64,000 bases of DNA from Escherichia coli (GTDB lineage Bacteria; Pseudomonadota; Gammaproteobacteria; Enterobacterales; Enterobacteriaceae): NCBI RefSeq assembly GCF_050920415.1, contig NZ_CP169309.1; one strand, written 5' to 3'. The notes under the pieces were generated by a model, which worked only from the letters and a program-made list of their open reading frames with translations, was not told the origin of the DNA and made no database searches. Both the position numbers and the translations under genes were made by a program. Below are positions 31,631-41,260 of this stretch, piece after piece. Each line of letters begins with the position of its first letter. Position 1 is the first letter of the stretch.

Positions 31631-32407
31631 ATGAGCATGAATCTTATGGCTAAGGCCATGAATATAAAGGTTGGCAACCCACTGAGAAAACTGGTTCTGA
31701 TTAAACTTGCCGATAACGCCAATGATAATGGCGAATGCTGGCCTTCATATCAACATGTCGCTGACCAGTGTGAGGTGAGCAGATCGACAGTAAAAAGTCA
31801 CATTAGGGCACTGGAAGAGATGGGGCTTTTGAAAAGGGAATTCAGAAGAAAAGGAGAGCTTAACCAGTCAAACGTTTTTTATCTGACGCTGGATAATGCA
31901 CAACAAATCCAACCAGAATCAGGTGGGGCAGGAGCTGCCCGGGGTGGGGCAGGAGCTGCCCTAGGGGGTGGGGCAGGAGCTGCCCCCAGAACCTATCACT
32001 CTTTTGAACCAGTCAATGAACCTAAAAACATTATGTTCGAACATGTCCGAACGGAGTGTGAAAAAACTCCTGACCGTCACGAAGAAACCGACAAGGCATT
32101 CGAGGAAATATTCTGGTGTGCAGGCATGCGGAAGGCCGGGAAGAAAAACGCAGCGTCGGCATTCAGAACACAGTTCAGGGAATGGCGTAAAACTACCAGG
32201 GGTACGGCAAGCGAGTTTGCCACGATGCTGGCAGAAGACATCGCATGCAGGAATGGTAAGCAGTTCGGATTCGACAGGTTGTTACCATCGAGCTACCTGA
32301 ACGGTCAACGCTGGAACGACGAGAAGCCAGAAACTATTCAACCACAATCCAAACCATCATCCGCAATCACCGTATCGAAAACTGGCTACGTGTTTTTCGA
32401 CAGGTGA
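31631..32407 (+). CDS. replication initiator (O-like, HTH N-terminus) containing origin iterons
   Basis: 258 aa; internal Gly/Ala-rich segment encoded by the iterons; position between cII and helicase. Confidence 0.6.
   Translation: MSMNLMAKAMNIKVGNPLRKLVLIKLADNANDNGECWPSYQHVADQCEVSRSTVKSHIRALEEMGLLKREFRRKGELNQSNVFYLTLDNAQQIQPESGGAGAARGGAGAALGGGAGAAPRTYHSFEPVNEPKNIMFEHVRTECEKTPDRHEETDKAFEEIFWCAGMRKAGKKNAASAFRTQFREWRKTTRGTASEFATMLAEDIACRNGKQFGFDRLLPSSYLNGQRWNDEKPETIQPQSKPSSAITVSKTGYVFFDR
31923..31985. repeat. three 18-bp direct repeats GTGGGGCAGGAGCTGCCC, candidate ori iterons
   Basis: Copies at 31923-31940, 31944-31961, 31968-31985; each internally near-palindromic. Confidence 0.55.
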
Positions 32408-32514
32408 ACCATGAAATCAAAAATCAAATCGCTACTGGTCGCTGGTTATAACCACGGCTGGTTAAGTATTTCGTTTGTCGATTTCTGGTTTAAAAATCTC
32501 AATCTGAGGGAATC

Positions 32515-34395
32515 ATGACGCCAAGTGAACTTAGCGACCTGCTTTGGGCGCAGGTTGACAGGGTGGCTCCGCACCTGTTGCCAAACGGCAAGAAAGAGGG
32601 GCATGAGTGGGTTGCCGGTAACGTCAACGGTGACAAGGGAAACAGCCTTAAGGTCAACCTTAGCGGCAAGAAAAAATGGGCTGATTTCGCTGAGGGAGAC
32701 GGCGGTGACATGCTTGATTTGTGGATGGCATGTCGTGGAATTAACCTGCATCAGGCTATGCAGGAAGCGAAAGCCTTTCTCGGTATCAAGGATGACGATC
32801 ACCATTTCGATGCCAAACGTGAGAAGAAATTCTCCAGACCTGATCGCAAGAAAATCGCCCGCTACGTTACCAGAACAGAATCCCATCTTGAGTACCTGCA
32901 ATCGCGTGGCATATCGCCAGAAGTCGTAAAGCGCTACGAGGTTGTCAGCGGCAAGGTGTGGAATGGAGAACGAGAACTTGATGCACTGGTGCTTCCGTAC
33001 AAACGCGATGGTGAGTTGTTGCAGGTCAAGCGAATCAGCACTGAGCGCCCGGACGGGAAGAAAGTCATTATGGCAGAAGGTGATTGTGAACCTTGTCTGT
33101 TCGGATGGCAGGCTCTGGACGCTGGCGTGAGGGCGGTTGTGCTTTGCGAAGGCGAAATTGATTGTATGAGCTATGCGCAATACGGCATCTCGGCGTTATC
33201 CGTGCCGTTTGGTGGAGGAAAAGGCGCTAAGCAGCAGTGGATTGAGTTTGAGTATCACAACCTCGACAGGTTTGAGGAAATATTCATCTCGATGGACGTT
33301 GATGATGTTGGTCGTGAAGCCGCAAGGGAAATCGCAAGCCGACTCGGTGAACATCGTTGCCGTCTTGTTACTCTGCCGTACAAAGACATCAACGAATGCC
33401 TGATGAACGGTGTTACCGAGGATGAAATCTGGCAGTACATCGGCACGGCATCCTACTTCGATCCTGAAGAACTCTACAGCGCGCGAGAGTTTTACCAGGA
33501 CACTATCAACGCTTTCTACGGCAAGCAGCAGTATCTATTTAATCCACCGTGGGAATCTCTGGCAGATAAATTCCAGTTCCGTGAGGCCGAGTTGACGCTG
33601 GTCAATGGTGTGAACGGTCACGGAAAAACGGAGGTTGTCGGGCATATGGCACTTGAGGCAATGCGTCAGGGTGTGAAGACGTGCATCGCGTCACTTGAGC
33701 TGAAGCCTGGTATTCTCCTTAAGCGCCTTACCCGTCAGGCAACGTGCTGCAAGATGCCGCCAGTGCTTGAAATTGACTCTGCATTTAAATTCTATGACGA
33801 AAGACTTTGGGTGTTTGGCCTGACCGGAACGGCGAAAGCCGACAGGTTGATCGAAATATTCGACTACGCTCGCCGCCGATACGGCATCCAGTTATTCATC
33901 ATCGACAGCCTGATGAAATGCGGCATAGGTGACGATGACTATAACGGGCAGAAAGCATTTGTTGACTCGATTTGCGACTTCAAAAACAAAACAAACTCCC
34001 ACGTCATTCTCGTTACTCACTCCAGAAAAGGAGACAGCGAAGAAAAACCAACCGGGAAAATGGACGTAAAAGGCTCTGGAGCGATAACAGACCTGACAGA
34101 CAACCTTTTCATCATCTGGCGTAACAAGGCTCGCGAGAGAGCGTTACAGAGAGTTCAGAGTGGTGAAAAGATGTCAGAGAAGGACGAACAGCTACTGGCA
34201 TCTCCGGCATCTGTTTTGATGCTTGAAAAACAACGTAACGGCGAAGGTTGGGAAGGTGGTGTCCCGTTGTTCCTTGACGAGCAATCGCACCAGTTCCTGC
34301 AACTTGAATCAGGATCGCCTTATAGCTACATCGCCAATATGCCGAAATCGGAATATGACGAGGCGTGGCGACAGGAAAACGTGACGGAGTATTAA
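32515..34395 (+). CDS. primase (toprim) / DnaB-like helicase fusion replication protein
   Basis: 626 aa; toprim-like VVLCEGEIDCMSY, Walker A GVNGHGKT, Walker B-like LFIIDSL. Confidence 0.65.
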   Translation: MTPSELSDLLWAQVDRVAPHLLPNGKKEGHEWVAGNVNGDKGNSLKVNLSGKKKWADFAEGDGGDMLDLWMACRGINLHQAMQEAKAFLGIKDDDHHFDAKREKKFSRPDRKKIARYVTRTESHLEYLQSRGISPEVVKRYEVVSGKVWNGERELDALVLPYKRDGELLQVKRISTERPDGKKVIMAEGDCEPCLFGWQALDAGVRAVVLCEGEIDCMSYAQYGISALSVPFGGGKGAKQQWIEFEYHNLDRFEEIFISMDVDDVGREAAREIASRLGEHRCRLVTLPYKDINECLMNGVTEDEIWQYIGTASYFDPEELYSAREFYQDTINAFYGKQQYLFNPPWESLADKFQFREAELTLVNGVNGHGKTEVVGHMALEAMRQGVKTCIASLELKPGILLKRLTRQATCCKMPPVLEIDSAFKFYDERLWVFGLTGTAKADRLIEIFDYARRRYGIQLFIIDSLMKCGIGDDDYNGQKAFVDSICDFKNKTNSHVILVTHSRKGDSEEKPTGKMDVKGSGAITDLTDNLFIIWRNKARERALQRVQSGEKMSEKDEQLLASPASVLMLEKQRNGEGWEGGVPLFLDEQSHQFLQLESGSPYSYIANMPKSEYDEAWRQENVTEY

Positions 34396-34421
34396 ATGAC
34401 CATCTACATCACTGAGCTAAT

Positions 34422-34452
34422 AAAAGGCCTGCTGGTAATCGCAGGCCTTTTT
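34422..34452 (+). terminator. tR2-like intrinsic terminator before ninB
   Basis: AAAAGGCCTGC-loop-GCAGGCCTTTTT perfect inverted repeat with flanking A/T runs. Confidence 0.55.
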
Positions 34453-34472
34453 ATTTGGGGGAGAGGGAAGTC

Positions 34473-34913
34473 ATGAAAAAACTAACCTTTGAAATTCGAT
34501 CTCCGGCACATCAGCAAAACGCTATTCACGCGGTACAGCAAATCCTTCCAGACCCAACCAAGCCAATCGTAGTGATCATTCAGGAGCGCAACCGCAGCTT
34601 AGACCAGAATCGGAAGCTTTGGGCTTGCCTTGGTGACGTCTCTCGTCAGGTTGAATGGCATGGGCGTTGGCTGGATGCAGAAAGCTGGAAGTGTGTGTTT
34701 ACCGCAGCATTAAAGCAGCAGGATGTTGTTCCTAACCTTGCCGGGAATGGCTTTGTGGTAATAGGCCAGTCAACCAGCAGGATGCGTGTAGGCGAATTTG
34801 CGGAGCTATTAGAGCTTATACAGGCATTCGGTACAGAGCGTGGCGTTAAGTGGTCAGACGAAGCGCGACTGGCTCTCGAATGGAAAGCGCGATGGGGAGA
34901 TCGGGCTGCATGA
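34473..34913 (+). CDS. ninB: NinB (Orf recombination mediator)
   Basis: MKKLTFEIRSPAHQQNAIHAVQQILPD near-identical to remembered lambda NinB. Confidence 0.85.
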   Translation: MKKLTFEIRSPAHQQNAIHAVQQILPDPTKPIVVIIQERNRSLDQNRKLWACLGDVSRQVEWHGRWLDAESWKCVFTAALKQQDVVPNLAGNGFVVIGQSTSRMRVGEFAELLELIQAFGTERGVKWSDEARLALEWKARWGDRAA

Positions 34914-35437
34914 CTATCAAATCAAATACGCCAGCACACGACAAGGACTGCTGGCAAACGCCGCTTTGGCTTTTTGATGCACTGGATATTGAGTTTGGAT
35001 TCTGGCTGGATTCGGCAGCGAGCGACAAAAACGCTCTGTGCGCTCACTGGCTAACTGAGGCCGACGACGCGCTCAATTCTGAGTGGGTAAGCCACGGTGC
35101 AATCTGGAATAACCCACCGTACAGCAATATCAGGCCGTGGGTGGAAAAAGCCGCTGAGCAGTGTATACAACAGCGACAGACGGTAGTGATGCTTGTGCCA
35201 GAGGATATGTCAGTCGGATGGTTCAGCAAGGCTCTGGAGAGTGTCGACGAAGTTCGTATTATCACTGATGGACGGATTAATTTTATCGAACCATCGACAG
35301 GGCTAGAGAAGAAGGGAAACAGCAAAGGTTCCATGCTGCTGATTTGGCGACCGTTCATCAGTCCTCGACGGATGTTTACTACCGTATCCAAAGCGGCATT
35401 GATGGCGATCGGGCAGGGCGTCAGGAGGGCGGCATGA
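34910..35437 (+). CDS. phage DNA N6-adenine methyltransferase (orphan, Dam-like)
   Basis: 175 aa from ATG overlapping ninB stop; NPPY catalytic motif. Confidence 0.65.
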   Translation: MTIKSNTPAHDKDCWQTPLWLFDALDIEFGFWLDSAASDKNALCAHWLTEADDALNSEWVSHGAIWNNPPYSNIRPWVEKAAEQCIQQRQTVVMLVPEDMSVGWFSKALESVDEVRIITDGRINFIEPSTGLEKKGNSKGSMLLIWRPFISPRRMFTTVSKAALMAIGQGVRRAA

Positions 35438-35616
35438 GACGACAGCGACGAAGTATCACCGACATAATCTGCGAAAACTGCAAATACCTTCCAACGAAGC
35501 GCTCCAGAAATAAACGCAAGCCAATCCCAAAAGAATCTGACGTAAAAACCTTCAACTACACGGCTCACCTGTGGGATATCCGGTGGCTTAGAGAACGTGC
35601 GAGGAAAATAAGGTGA
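35434..35616 (+). CDS. ninE: NinE
   Basis: [27 protein letters not shown] matches remembered lambda NinE. Confidence 0.75.
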   Translation: MRRQRRSITDIICENCKYLPTKRSRNKRKPIPKESDVKTFNYTAHLWDIRWLRERARKIR

Positions 35617-35783
35617 TTGACCCAAATCGAAGTTACGAACAAGAAAGCGTAGAGCGGGCTTTAACGTGCGCTAACTGCGGTCAGAAGCTGCATGTGCTTG
35701 AAGTTCACGTGTGTGAGCACTGCTGCGCAGAACTGATGAGCGATCCGAATAGCTCAATGTACGAGGAAGAAGACGATGAATGA
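35613..35783 (+). CDS. ninF: NinF (GTG start)
   Basis: [56 protein letters not shown] resembles lambda NinF; below ORF-track cut-off. Confidence 0.6.
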   Translation: MIDPNRSYEQESVERALTCANCGQKLHVLEVHVCEHCCAELMSDPNSSMYEEEDDE

Positions 35784-36498
35784 GTTAATAAATGGCAATG
35801 CTATCAAAATGACAAGCATTGAAATCGCTGAGTTGGTGGGTAAGCGTCAAGACAATGTGAAACGTACCATCGAAACGCTGGCTAAAAATGGTGTTATCCG
35901 GCTTCCTCAAATTGAGGTTTCCGAAAGAATCAATAACTTAGGGTTCAATGTTCAGTACGAGCATTACGTCTTCGAAGGCGAACAAGGTAAGCGAGACAGT
36001 ATTGTCGTTGTTGCCCAGTTGTCGCCGGAATTCACCGCTCGTCTTGTTGACCGTTGGCGAGAGCTTGAGGAAACTGCGGTTAATATCCCCAAAACGCTAC
36101 CAGAAGCGTTGCGCCTTGCTGCTGATCTTGCTGAGCAGAAAATGCAACTGGAAAACCAGCTCGCAATTGCCGCACCTAAAGTTGAGTTTGCCGATCGCGT
36201 TGGCGAGGCCAGCGGAATTTTGATTGGAAACTTTGCAAAGGTTGTCGGTATTGGTCCAAACAAACTGTTTGCGTGGATGCGTGATCACAAAATCCTTATT
36301 GCTTCAGGTTCCCGGCGCAATGTGCCAATGCAGGAATATATGGATCGCGGCTATTTCACAGTGAAAGAAACAGCGGTCAACACAAATCACGGAATACAGA
36401 TATCGTTCACCACAAAAATCACCGGGCGTGGTCAACAGTGGCTGACCAGAAAGCTGCTCGATAACGGAATGCTGAAAGTAACAGGGGAGGCTGCTTAA
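35776..36498 (+). CDS. Rha-family phage regulatory / antirepressor-like protein
   Basis: 240 aa; N-terminal Rha-like domain; position in nin region. Confidence 0.55.
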   Translation: MNELINGNAIKMTSIEIAELVGKRQDNVKRTIETLAKNGVIRLPQIEVSERINNLGFNVQYEHYVFEGEQGKRDSIVVVAQLSPEFTARLVDRWRELEETAVNIPKTLPEALRLAADLAEQKMQLENQLAIAAPKVEFADRVGEASGILIGNFAKVVGIGPNKLFAWMRDHKILIASGSRRNVPMQEYMDRGYFTVKETAVNTNHGIQISFTTKITGRGQQWLTRKLLDNGMLKVTGEAA

Positions 36499-36788
36499 TG
36501 GCTAACCTACGCAAAGAAGCGCGCAACAGAGAATGCCAGGTACGTATTTACGGCGTATGCAATGGCAATCCTGAAACTACAGTTCTGGCACATTACCGGA
36601 TGGCTGGAATTTGCGGAACGGGAATGAAACCTGACGACCTGATCGGCGCATGGGCTTGTAGTGACTGCCACGCGGAGATCGACCGACGCACAAGGATTCT
36701 CGACAACAAAGACGCCAGACTTTACCACCTCGAAGGCGTGATAAGGACGCAGGCGATACTGCTGAAGGAGGGGAAGATTAAGCCATGA
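36498..36788 (+). CDS. NinX-like protein (Cys-rich)
   Basis: 96 aa with CxxC and CxxxxH; nin-region position. Confidence 0.5.
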   Translation: MANLRKEARNRECQVRIYGVCNGNPETTVLAHYRMAGICGTGMKPDDLIGAWACSDCHAEIDRRTRILDNKDARLYHLEGVIRTQAILLKEGKIKP

Positions 36789-37146
36789 ACGAATATCAGT
36801 TTGTGCTTCCATACCCGCCGTCGCTGAACACCTACTGGCGAAGACGGGGAGTCAATACTACATCAGCGATAAAGGCCAGAAATACCGAAAAGACGTTCAG
36901 CAAATCATCCGCCAACTTAAGTTAGACATTTTCACCAAATCACGACTCCGCATCAAAGTCATCGCAGACGTTCCAGACTCCCGCCGCCGCGACCTCGATA
37001 ACATCCTGAAGGGTTTACTCGACTCCCTTATCCACGCCGGATTTGCGGAAGACGACGAGCAATTCGATGACATTCGCGTAATTCGTGGTGTGAAAGTACC
37101 AGGCGGACGGCTTGGAATAAAAATCACCGAACTGGAGAACGTATGA
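36785..37146 (+). pseudogene. rusA: RusA-family Holliday junction resolvase, interrupted by a frameshift near 36845-36850
   Basis: Frame 1 gives MNEYQFVLPYPPSLNTYWRRRG then a stop at 36923; the +2 frame continues SQYYISDKGQKYR...DSRRRDLDNILKGLLD...GGRLGIKITELENV to 37146; G-run at junction. Confidence 0.7.
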
Positions 37147-37331
37147 ACGCCACAATTCAAACGATACCAGAGCTTCTTATCCAGACACGAGGCAATCAGA
37201 CCGAAGTGGCGAGGATGCTTTCCTGCGCAAGAGGAACAGTGCTCAAGTACAACCGAGACAGCAAAGGCGAGCGTCACGTAATAGTTAACGGCGTCCTGAT
37301 GGTCAAACAGGGCAAAAGGGGAAGGCCATGA
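37143..37331 (+). CDS. ninH: NinH-like protein
   Basis: IPELLIQTRGNQTEVARMLSCARGTVLKY resembles lambda NinH. Confidence 0.7.
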   Translation: MNATIQTIPELLIQTRGNQTEVARMLSCARGTVLKYNRDSKGERHVIVNGVLMVKQGKRGRP

Positions 37332-37951
37332 GACTAGAAAGCGTAGCTAAATTTCATTCGCCAAAAAGCCCGATGATGAGTGACTCACCACGGGCCACGG
37401 CTTCTGACTCTCTTTCCGGTACTGATGTGATGGCTGCTATGGGGATGGCGCAATCACAAGCCGGATTCGGAATGGCTGCATTCTGTGGTAAGCACGAACT
37501 CAGCCAGAACGACAAACAAAAGGCTATCAACTATCTGATGCAATTTGCACACAAGGTATCGGGGAAATACCGGGGTGTGGCAAAGCTCGAAGGAAATACT
37601 AAGGCAAAGGTACTGCAAGTGCTCGCAACATTCGCTTATGCTGATTATTGCCGTAGTGCCGCGACGCCGGGCGCAAGATGCAGAGATTGCCACGGTACAG
37701 GCCGTGCGGTTGATATAGCCAAAACAGAGCAGTGGGGGAGAGTTGTTGAGAAAGAGTGCGGAAGATGCAAAGGTGTCGGCTATTCAAGAATGCCAGCAAG
37801 CGCTGCATATCGCGCTGTAACGATGCTAATCCCAAACCTTACCCAACCCACCTGGTCACGCACTGTTAAGCCGCTGTATGACGCTCTGGTGGTGCAATGC
37901 CACAAAGAAGAGTCAATCGCAGACAACATTTTGAATGCGGTCACACGTTAG
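37328..37951 (+). CDS. Q: late-gene antiterminator Q, lambda type
   Basis: 207 aa, matches remembered lambda Q including zinc-finger cysteines. Confidence 0.9.
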   Translation: MRLESVAKFHSPKSPMMSDSPRATASDSLSGTDVMAAMGMAQSQAGFGMAAFCGKHELSQNDKQKAINYLMQFAHKVSGKYRGVAKLEGNTKAKVLQVLATFAYADYCRSAATPGARCRDCHGTGRAVDIAKTEQWGRVVEKECGRCKGVGYSRMPASAAYRAVTMLIPNLTQPTWSRTVKPLYDALVVQCHKEESIADNILNAVTR

Positions 37952-37993
37952 CAGCATGATTGCCACGGATGGCAACATATTAACGGCATGATA

Positions 37994-38022
37994 TTGACTT
38001 TTTGAATAAAGTTGGGTAAATT
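37994..38022 (+). promoter_or_regulatory. late promoter pR' (-35 TTGACT, -10 TAAATT, 17-bp spacer) with qut region
   Basis: Near-identical to remembered lambda pR' sequence. Confidence 0.65.
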
Positions 38023-38058
38023 TGACTCAACGATGGATAAATGCACTCGTTAAATAAA

Positions 38059-38085
38059 GCCCTGAGTTAATAGCTGGGGCTTTTT
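38059..38085 (+). terminator. hairpin plus T5 downstream of pR' (candidate tR')
   Basis: GCCCTG...CTGGGGC stem followed by TTTTT. Confidence 0.4.
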
Positions 38086-38383
38086 GCGTTTTAAGCACGA
38101 CCTTTCTGAAAGCGCATCAAACCAAATACCAGACAGACCAAAATAATCACCTTATCCGCTGTGGCTACGGTGCGGTGTGCTTTGCATAAAAGAAAACCAG
38201 CTCAATGGCTGGCTTCGTGAAAGCGGGTGGCAAGAGGTTGCGCTAACAACCTCATGCCGTTTTGCCCGTGCATATCGGTCACGAACAAATCTGATTACTA
38301 AACACAGTAGCCTGGATTTGTTCTATCAGTAATCGACCTTATTCCTAATTAAATAGAGCAAATCCCCTTATTGGGGGTAAGAC

Positions 38384-38707
38384 ATGAAGATGCCAGAAAA
38401 ACATGACCTGTTAGCCGCCATTCTCGCGGCAAAGGAACAAGGCATCGGGGCAATCCTTGCGTTTGCAATGGCGTACCTTCGCGGCAGATATAATGGCGGT
38501 GCGTTTACAAAAACAGTAATCGACGCAACGATGTGCGCCATTATCGCCTGGTTCATTCGTGACCTTCTCGACTTCGCCGGACTAAGTAGCAATCTCGCTT
38601 ATATAACGAGCGTGTTCATCGGCTACATCGGTACTGACTCGATTGGTTCGCTTATCAAACGCTTCGCTGCTAAAAAAGCCGGAGTAGAAGATGGTGGAAA
38701 TCAATAA
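38384..38707 (+). CDS. S: holin/antiholin S (dual-start MKMPEK)
   Basis: 107 aa, matches lambda S. Confidence 0.95.
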   Translation: MKMPEKHDLLAAILAAKEQGIGAILAFAMAYLRGRYNGGAFTKTVIDATMCAIIAWFIRDLLDFAGLSSNLAYITSVFIGYIGTDSIGSLIKRFAAKKAGVEDGGNQ

Positions 38708-39167
38708 TCAACGTAAGGCGTTCCTCGATATGCTGGCGTGGTCAGAGGGAACTGATAACGGACGTCAGAAAACCAGAAATCATGGTTATGACGTCATTGT
38801 AGGCGGGGGGCTATTCACTGATTACTCCGATCACCCTCGCAAACTTGTCACGCTAAACCCCAAACTCAAATCAACAGCAGCCGGACGTTACCAGCTTCTT
38901 TCCCGTTGGTGGGATGCCTACCGCAAGCAGCTTGGCCTGAAAGACTTCTCTCCGAAAAGTCAGGACGCTGTGGCATTGCAGCAGATTAAGGAGCGTGGCG
39001 CTTTGCCGATGATTGATCGCGGTGATATTCGTCAGGCAATCGACCGTTGCAGCAATATCTGGGCTTCACTGCCGGGCGCTGGTTATGGCCAGTTCGAGCA
39101 TAAGGCTGACAGCCTGATTGCAAAATTCAAAGAAGCAGGCGGAACGGTTAGAGAGATTGAGGTATGA
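38691..39167 (+). CDS. R: endolysin R (lytic transglycosylase)
   Basis: 158 aa, matches lambda R. Confidence 0.95.
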   Translation: MVEINNQRKAFLDMLAWSEGTDNGRQKTRNHGYDVIVGGGLFTDYSDHPRKLVTLNPKLKSTAAGRYQLLSRWWDAYRKQLGLKDFSPKSQDAVALQQIKERGALPMIDRGDIRQAIDRCSNIWASLPGAGYGQFEHKADSLIAKFKEAGGTVREIEV

Positions 39168-39601
39168 GCAGAGTCACCGCGATTATCTCCGCTCTGATTA
39201 TCTGCATCGTCGTCTGTCTGTCATGGGCGGTCAATCATTACCGTGATAACGCCATCGCCTACAAAGAACAGCGCGATAAGGCCGCATCCACAATCGCTGA
39301 CATGCAGAAGCGTCAACGTGATGTAGCAGAACTTGACGCCAGATACACAAAGGAGCTTGCTGATGCTAATGCGACTATCGAAAGTCTCCGTGCTGATGTT
39401 TCTGCTGGTCGTAAGCGCCTGCAAGTCGCCGCCACCTGTGCAAAGTCAACGACCGGAGCCAACAGCATGGGCGATGGAGAAAGCCCAAGACTTACAGCAG
39501 ATGCTGAACTCAATTATTACCGTCTCAGAAGTGGAATCGACAAGATAACCGCGCAGGTTAACTACCTGCAGGAATACATCAGGACGCAATGCCTGAAATG
39601 A
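39164..39601 (+). CDS. Rz: i-spanin Rz
   Basis: 145 aa; N-terminal TM then coiled coil; lambda Rz-like. Confidence 0.85.
   Translation: MSRVTAIISALIICIVVCLSWAVNHYRDNAIAYKEQRDKAASTIADMQKRQRDVAELDARYTKELADANATIESLRADVSAGRKRLQVAATCAKSTTGANSMGDGESPRLTADAELNYYRLRSGIDKITAQVNYLQEYIRTQCLK
39333..39548 (+). CDS. Rz1: o-spanin Rz1 lipoprotein embedded in Rz (+1 frame); true start probably an internal Met
   Basis: Lipobox LVVSAC followed by Pro-rich segment. Confidence 0.55.
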   Translation: MTPDTQRSLLMLMRLSKVSVLMFLLVVSACKSPPPVQSQRPEPTAWAMEKAQDLQQMLNSIITVSEVESTR

Positions 39602-39635
39602 TGGGCGATGAAAACCAAAAAACAGGAGCAATACA

Positions 39636-39910
39636 TGACTAAGCTTTATCACCGCATCTCAACTTTTCTCTCTGGGTGCTGGGCGTTTATCACGTCTATT
39701 TCGTTCGCCATCTTTAGTTTCGGTAGCACAGCATGCTCGCTTAGTCGGGGTATGTGGCGTGCTATTTCAGCACTAGCGCCGAAATTTTTACCTGAAAAGG
39801 CTGTTTGGCGAATTGTAGAGCGAATGTGTAGTGAGAGCGTTCGCGAGAAGATTAACGTATTTGGGCGTCATCCTCGAAATACAGGCGCATTGTGCAGTTC
39901 GTTACTGTAG
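39636..39910 (+). CDS. small hypothetical membrane protein, 91 aa
   Basis: ATG with AGGAG SD 6 nt upstream; hydrophobic N-terminus. Confidence 0.35.
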
Positions 39911-40449
39911 TCATTACAAAGCCCATCAATGGGTGGGCTTGATAATGAAACCGGAATTTATTCTGGGCCACCAGTTAACGGCAGTACAGCGAAACAACCC
40001 AAGCCAGTAAGTGGGGAAATAACACTGGCAGCCACTGAAAGATGAACCTCCTGCCTTATGGCAAAAAAGATTCTTTGTGGTGGCGGACTGATGGAAAGAC
40101 ATCCACTGAATCGATGATAAACAAGTGGAATAGGTTGCGATGGTTTCCGTGAACAAAGATCCGAAGGAAGGCGTTGAATACATCACTGGTGCTGATGGTG
40201 TGAAAAGGCCAATGGCTTATTACAAAGCTGCTGAAGAGAGGGCAAGAATGGAAAATCCCCCTAAATGCGGATCATTTTTCGACATGCTGGACCTTCAATG
40301 GAAGTTGTGAACAACTAACAGGTCGCTCAGGCGGCCTTTTTTATTGCCATCACAAAAGCCATTCCCTACATAGTGGCTTTGATAATGGCTTATACCCTAC
40401 ACGGGATAACTTAACTGATATCCCTTTTAACGGATAAACGGAGCCAACA

Positions 40450-40692
40450 ATGGCAGAGATTATTCCCATGACTGAAGAACAGAAGTTCAAGTTAGAAATT
40501 TACCGACTGCTATCTAAGAACAATTCAGCGGCAGAGGAAGCTTTTGCATTCATTGGTGCTGACCAACTGAAACTGGAATTGTTCAAGTTGCACTACAACG
40601 ATGGCGGTGCAAATCCAGACTTCACATCTCGCACTATCGAAGCGGTGCGTAAATCGAAGGAAGCGTTAGACCTGTTCACTACCGGAGCATAA
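40450..40692 (+). CDS. hypothetical protein upstream of terminase, 80 aa
   Basis: ORF with plausible start. Confidence 0.45.
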   Translation: MAEIIPMTEEQKFKLEIYRLLSKNNSAAEEAFAFIGADQLKLELFKLHYNDGGANPDFTSRTIEAVRKSKEALDLFTTGA

Positions 40693-40771
40693 ACATGGCA
40701 ACTCAAGGTTTCGACAACCCATCCAAATTCCGCGATGAATGGGATAAGCAAGCAGAAGGGAAATAATCAAT

Positions 40772-41260
40772 ATGGCAGCACCAAAGGGCAACCGATTTTG
40801 GGAGGCCCGCAGTAGTCATGGGCGAAATCCTAAATTCGAATCGCCTGAGGCGCTGTGGGCTGCTTGTTGTGAATACTTCGAGTGGGTGGAAGCTAACCCG
40901 CTATGGGAGATGAAGGCGTTCTCGTATCAGGGTGAAGTAATACAAGAGCCTATCGCCAAGATGCGAGCGATGACCATTACCGGCCTCACTCTGTTCATTG
41001 ATGTGACGCTTGAAACATGGCGCACATATCGCCTGCGAGAAGATTTATCTGAAGTCGTTACGCGAGCAGAACAGGTCATCTACGACCAGAAATTCTCTGG
41101 CGCAGCCGCTGACCTTCTCAACGCTAACATCATCGCCCGTGATTTGGGCCTCAAAGAGCAGTCGCAAGTTGAAGACGTGACACCTGATAAGGGAGATCGC
41201 GATAAGCGGCGCTCTCGTATCAAGGAGCTATTCAACCGTGGAACTGGACGCGATTCTTGA
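40772..41260 (+). CDS. terminase small subunit (P22 gp3 type)
   Basis: 162 aa, recognised as P22 gp3. Confidence 0.85.
   Translation: MAAPKGNRFWEARSSHGRNPKFESPEALWAACCEYFEWVEANPLWEMKAFSYQGEVIQEPIAKMRAMTITGLTLFIDVTLETWRTYRLREDLSEVVTRAEQVIYDQKFSGAAADLLNANIIARDLGLKEQSQVEDVTPDKGDRDKRRSRIKELFNRGTGRDS

Noticed and set aside
31326-31634. 102-aa ORF overlapping the cII 3' end
   Set aside because: Most of it lies out of frame inside cII; at best a 47-aa product from the internal ATG at about 31494 is real, unverified.
32446-33180. 244-aa reverse-strand ORF
   Set aside because: Entirely antisense to the primase-helicase gene; no independent support.
39926-40186. 86-aa reverse-strand ORF after the lysis cassette
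   Set aside because: Cys/Trp-rich low-complexity translation, no SD, antisense to better candidates.
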